A stretch of 62,726 bases of DNA, counting the filler, from Vannella sp. (lineage: Eukaryota), in NCBI GenBank assembly GCA_023345925.1. It is 6 parts of 6 records of this genome, joined end to end, with 100 filler letters (N's around TTAATTAATTAA, not from the genome) between each part and the next. Parts side by side here need not be neighbours in the genome. Positions count along the whole stretch, not along the records: positions 50,686 to 62,726 come from JAJQQN010000929.1; 5 more parts are not named here. The stretch is one strand, 5' to 3'. The position numbers and the translations under genes were made by a program. This document shows positions 57,391 to 62,726 of the stretch, piece by piece (within the stretch, counting starts at the first letter, position 1; each line of letters opens with the position of its first letter). The notes beneath the pieces are model-generated. The model did not search any database, was not told where the DNA came from, and was given only the letters and a program-made list of their open reading frames with translations.

Positions 57391-59858
57391 ATGTGGAAGG
57401 CGACGCAGCCGGCCTCTCGGGCTCTGTCGTTGGAGTTTGAGGTGCAGCGACGCTTCCTTCAAAAGCATATGGTCTTTATGAAGTCGAGGCTCCCTCCGAA
57501 GATAAAGCGGCGAGAGGTGAGTGGGTGGGGCTTCCCTGGGCTCCATTGTGATCATGCATGCTGATGGGAGGGCGGTTGTAGTCTCCCAACGAGCACAAGA
57601 ACACAGTGGGCGTTCTTCACTCCGGGAGGCGTCTTCCAGTGAACATTACGAAGCACTTTGATCGACTTGTGGACGTCTGTAACAAGTCTGCGTACCATCC
57701 GCCCTTCCTCGTCCATGACTACGTTCGGGATACCGTACGCTCCTCTCCTTCATCCCTTCTCTGCTTCTGATCGTCATTGCTCATAGTCGGACTACATTCT
57801 GGAGCCGTTCAATGCAGGGAAGGGCATTGTAATGAACCGCAGGCACGTTTTGAACGCTTTCGACTTCAACTCAATCAAAGACATGGAGCCCCTCGTTTTG
57901 GTATGTAAAAGGATGAACAAGGTAGCTCTCAGGCACTAGAAGGACTGACCGAGTTGGGTGTGGGGATAGAAATACATGCATGAGCCTTCTGCTGGTTCGG
58001 TCACCTTCTGGAAGTCCTCAGGGAACGTGTTCTCTACGGGAACCAACTTTATTGGTGAGTGTGGTACTGAGGTATGAGGTGGAACTGACACAGGTGGCCA
58101 TGGTAGACATCCTTCGAAGTTTGGAGGACGATGAGGGCCGGAGTAAGATCTTTGCGTACTTCCGTCAGCTTTACAAGATGATCTACCACTTGCACAACGG
58201 ATCAAGTCTGCTCTGCCCCTTCGTAGATGGTCTTGCTAGTAAGAAAGAGCTCCTTCGCTTCACTCGACACTGACGTACGCCTCTCTTAGTGGGAGCTGCT
58301 GCAAGCTTTGCTATCAACTGCAATGTGACAGCAACTGGACCAAAGGGTGACATGTGCTGGCCAGAGACTTGTGAGTGGCAATGGAAGCCGGGGAAGCATC
58401 ACTGACTTGCTACCAGCCTTTGGATTCCACCCGGATGCAGGCGCCATGCACATTCTCAGTACTCTACCAAGTGGAATCGGCGAGTGGATGGCTCTCACTG
58501 GCAGCCGCCTGACTGGCAACTCGATTGTCAAGGCGGGATTGGGCAACTACACCTTCACGGAGGATCTCCTCCACGCTATGCAGAAGGAACTCGATGACAC
58601 ACCAAAGACAGGTGTAGGGGCAGGTCTCACCATGCTAGAGAACATGTGCGGCTTGATGGCTGAGCCATTCGAGCTGCTTCCCTACCTGAAGGTGATGGAG
58701 AAGTGCTTCACTCAGCCTAGTGTGCCAGACATCATCGAAGCCCTAGAGAAAGAGGCTCCAACGAACGAGTGGGCCAAGCAGCAACTGGCAAAACTCCGAA
58801 AGAAGTCACCTTTGAGTCTCGTGGTCACCTTTGAGGCTCTCCGACGGGCTGAGGATCTCAACATCGACCAAGTCCTTCGACAGGACTTCCGTCTTACCAC
58901 CCGCTTCTTGGACAGCAAGGACTTCCGGGAGGGTGTGCAGAAGCTCATTATTGACCAGGGAGAGAATGGAGAGCCGGAATGGGAGCACAAGTCCCCAAGT
59001 GATGTTCCTCGCTCTTTGGTAGAGTTCTTCTTCTCTCCCATGGAGGATGAGGACAAGGAGTTCATTGTTCATGGCCACAATGATAAGGAGAACTTGCAGT
59101 TGATTCTCGATCAATTCCAGTCGGACTATGACGGGATCATGCTGGGCCTGGGCTCCAAGAACCTCCAGTATCGCTTGGGACCGTACTTGAGCGAGCGCGA
59201 CCAGGCTATCTTACCCCCTCTTTCTCATCTTCGCCCAGCAATGCCACTGGACGAAGTGCTCACGGACAAAGGCTACAGCCCCATTCGCGATAACTACTAC
59301 ATCGAAGATGGCTTGGAGAGATCCATGCGCAAGCAGCACTACGATGGCCCAGACTTCTGGAAGAAGAACACAGGACATGACGCTGCTCTTCTCATGACGA
59401 TGGCAAAGAATGTGAGTGCAGAGGAGTTCTTCAAGGATGAGCGCCCTGTTTCTGAGAATGGCCTTTGGTGCCCTGCCAATGACATATACAACGCCTATCA
59501 TGGATTGCGAGAGCAATTCAACGTTATCCAACACGCCTACCCCTCGTCTGACTCTGTTATTCGAGGCCGCACGGTGTCTGCTGAGGTTCAGACCAAGGTG
59601 GAGGAGGAAACAGATGCTCGCTTTGGAGATGGCTTGGAGATCCTCCGTGGACATGGGCCATACAAAAAGCATCTCATGCGCTTCCCTCCAGACCAGGAGT
59701 TGCCCAAGACTCTCCAAGAGTTGAATGCAATGAGTCTCAGCGACGACGATTACTCCTCTGAAGAAGAGACGCAGCCTAAAGGAGCTCGACATTTGCGCGT
59801 TCAAAAGGACAGAGCAATTCAAGATCCCGACGCAGCCAAGTGGGACTCTGACTTGTAA
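57391..59858 (+). CDS. 3-hydroxyisobutyryl-CoA hydrolase-like (crotonase ECH_2; mS47-like) mitochondrial protein with long C-terminal extension (multi-exon)
   Basis: MNRRHVLNAF, GFHPDAG, GEWMALTGSRL, KKSPLSLVVT, DFREGV and EPEW. Presequence-like N-terminus. Confidence 0.8.
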
Positions 59859-59922
59859 GCCAAAAGGCTCTTTCTGCTCTAACCAATACACTTCAACATC
59901 CACCATTTTAACATCCACCACT

Positions 59923-62142
59923 TCAACTCTCATTTAACGGAACGCCGTCTAATAACGCTCTCTGGAGTTCGACCAAGAAGGGGCGCTGTTGAGGGCCGAT
60001 GTAGTCAAAGTTAACAATGCGGTCGGTGATCTAAAAGGTGCAATCATGGTCAGGTTGGTGTGGAGAGGAAGGCATCAGGTAAGTCAGTGAATACGTACTT
60101 CCCAAAACATCTCTTCGACTGTTTCTGTGATGGACTTTACCGCGCGTTTGACCATTCTTTCGGGAACTTCTCTTAGTGACCGGAGAACTCTTTCAATGGC
60201 TTCTTTCAGATCCCGATGGAGCATATTAGCGAGGTAAAGCAGAAAGCTGCCCAATATCAGGCGGGAATGAAGCATTCCTCGCTTTTCTTGATTGGACAGA
60301 AGTTCAGAGTATTTCGGGCGAAGGAAGATCTTCAATACCTCCAAGGAGTAGCTGCAAGGTGAGATTAGACCAGTTCAACGCAACGCACATCTGGCCATCC
60401 GTAACTTACGGGCTGTTGACTCGATAGGCATACCCGCACAAGGATCCCAAGTCATAATGGGTGATGCTACAAGCCATGCCCAATCCCTTTTCACTAAACA
60501 GTGCACCGTATTCCTAGCTTTGGTGAGTTCTGGGGTTCCCCTCGTTGGAGAGAACTTGTCTCACAGTGATGAAGCGAGTCACTTGAACCATCAGATCAGG
60601 ACAAGGACGGCAAAGATCCTTGGCAAGAGAAGAATACTGATACATGATATTGAAGAGAGCTCGAACGTTTTGCTCATTGGCAGCCTCCCGCAGGAAGGAA
60701 TTCATAAAGCTTGTGGCATCTCAGTCACGTTGTGTGCGAAACAAGTAAACTGGGAAGTATACTTACCGAATGTACAGGACAAGATTGGCGCGGTCCAGCG
60801 GGCAATCTGTCATAAGGGGAAGACATTGTTCCCGGAGAGCCAAGGCAACAAAGGATACCAATGTCGGCATGCTGCCACAAATCAGAGAGGGAATGATCTT
60901 GTCTAGTCTCCCTATTACCTGGTTGTCGGCGAGACAGCGGCTGAGAAACACCTTTGGACTTGGCGTACAATTTGCTCTTCCACCCAAAGCGAAGAGTTTG
61001 AAAGGCAACTCACTTGGAAACGTCAGATGAATTGACGTCGATTCACTGTTGACTTACATCCACTCTTCGAGAGCATCGGGAATTCAGAAACCTCCACTTG
61101 GAAGAACCTCCCGTCAATCCTCCTTTTCTGCTCCCTGAAGATATCTAGCGTCAGACAGAGTGCTTGAATACACGCGATAGCAGTTCTACTATCTTTCCTA
61201 TCGACAGAGCGAAAGCCAATATCTCCTGAGCAAGGATTAGAAGGATCCGGAAACTTGAAAAGAGTCTGACTTGCCCAACTGGAGGATGCATTGATTCACT
61301 TTTTGCCTCGATAATGCAGGAGGGAATCTCTTGGATACTGTTTGGCTTATCTCTTTGACAAGCAAACGAGCAACTCGATCCACAATAACTTCCGGATCCA
61401 AGAAACGCATTACCTGCAAGTGACTTGTCAGTTTGCTCCCTTTCTTCTTCTTCTGGGTGCTTCTCACGTAATAGTAGTAAGGGATGATAACTATCCATCC
61501 CATTACTGCAAATGAGACCATTATAGCATAGGGAAGGCCTGGGGCTTCTTCGGAGCCCCACATGTATGAATTGATGAATACTCCCACCGCTAAGCACCTC
61601 CTTTGTGAGTGTATTCGATCGTTTTGGTTCTAAGGAGTGTTTTCTTACCGGACATGACCGCGAAGCTGATCAGGAAGGCGACATTAACGGGGTCCTTGAG
61701 GAAGATATCGACTAGACGGGCTACCCTGTCCTTTGTTACATCTCTGACATGCCCCAATGCAGAGAATACACCTACGTGTATAGAAGCTTGCGGTCAGAGG
61801 GATAGCTAGAGCGATAAACGTGGTGATCATCACCGACAGCTGATGAACTCCCAAGATAACACTCGAACCAGTCGTCCGAGCAGCGTCAGAAGAGATCGTA
61901 GACCATTCATAGCGCCAAGGAACCCATATAAGTATACCAAGTAGGCTCAAGAGGAAGATAGCAAGGTACATTCGCCAATGTAAGTGGTGCCGAGTGTGAA
62001 CGGTGTCTCTGAAGGCTTTTACAGCCTCACTACGCGCCCATGAGGGAACATGATCATTACTACTCCTTTGAATCATCTTCCCTGTCGTGTTTACAGACAT
62101 AGATTGCCCGAAAAGAAGGGAACGCTCCTCCTCCTTGGCCAT
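59923..62142 (-). CDS. Multi-exon membrane protein resembling bacterial DUF2254-type proteins
   Basis: N-terminal TM helices (IALAIPLTASFYT; IIPYYYYV/MRFLDP) followed by a helical domain (MNSFLREA...FNIMYQY...HYDLG...FWE/ITDRIVNFDYI). Confidence 0.6.
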
Positions 62143-62532
62143 TCCCCAGCCCGACCCAACCAACTGATCCACATTGGCCCTCTTTATGACTTGTTGCCTC
62201 CCTAGCTCGAGAACCAAGAATAACAGAGGAAAAGCAATCCAAAGAGGGAACACGCCGCTGTAGAAGGGTTGATTGGGTGGAGGAGAGATTCTCGGTCTCA
62301 TGGCCAGCGGACGTGGTTGCTGGGGCCCGTGAACTCTCTTACTCTCCTGGCACAGGTATTACTAAGGGTCCTGCTAGAACCACTTTCATATCCAAGACCG
62401 AGCTGTCAAATGGACAAAGCACAATGGATCATTGGGACTTACGCTACCCACCCAACTCCCTTATCTCAGATTGGTGGTCAAGATGGACCCCTTCATGATG
62501 TATCGATGAAGGCTTCGTCGCAACAAAACCAA

Positions 62533-62631
62533 AAAAAGAACTGGAAAACTGGACCAGAACTAAATAAATAAATAAAAAGAACCGGAAAACTGGATCGGAA
62601 CTAAATAAATAAATAAAAAGAACCGGAAAAC
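62533..62631 (+). repeat. A-rich 41-nt tandem duplication (about 2.4 copies)
   Basis: aaaaagaac(t/c)ggaaaactgga..gaactaaataaataaat repeated. Confidence 0.85.
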
Positions 62632-62726
62632 AGGGGTCTGTTCATCGAGAGAAGTGGTCATTTCCTCAGGTCCTCAGGACAACACCCAAAAAGTGAAAAA
62701 ATGAAATCAGTCCAAAAGCTTATCCT

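Noticed and set aside
59889..59926. Short caacatccacca-like repeats between convergent stops
   Set aside because: Low-complexity 3' UTR sequence with no further support.

Overview
This is eukaryotic nuclear DNA, not prokaryotic. The window joins six contigs (1-12437, 12538-17840, 17941-30171, 30272-44613, 44714-50585, 50686-62726) with artificial 100-nt linkers (N44-TTAATTAATTAA-N44). The genome is very compact, with short GT-AG introns (mostly about 40-60 nt) and intergenic gaps often 50-80 nt. Gene content (villin-like giant, CD36/LIMP, Rac/Rap/Rab GTPases, RasGAP, GRAM-SNARE) suggests an amoeboid, probably amoebozoan, protist; that is inference. About 30 coding genes are supportable, including MED15-like, AGXT2, CWF19L1, COG1, UPF2, RPT2, ERG2/sigma-1 and CRIPT. 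The most unusual item is a RasGAP-glutathione S-transferase-4x AHSA1/SRPBCC fusion whose domain junctions lie inside one exon. Other notable items are a bacterial-type isoaspartyl dipeptidase with a signal peptide and an intron, an LRR-PH-gelsolin-headpiece protein, an intron-rich homologue of a bacterial DUF2254-like membrane protein, a divergent Tom40, several apparent pseudoenzymes and short interstitial (CCCTAAA)n tracts. No rRNA, tRNA, CRISPR or clear transposon was seen. All domain calls come from motif recognition by eye and splice sites were assigned manually.
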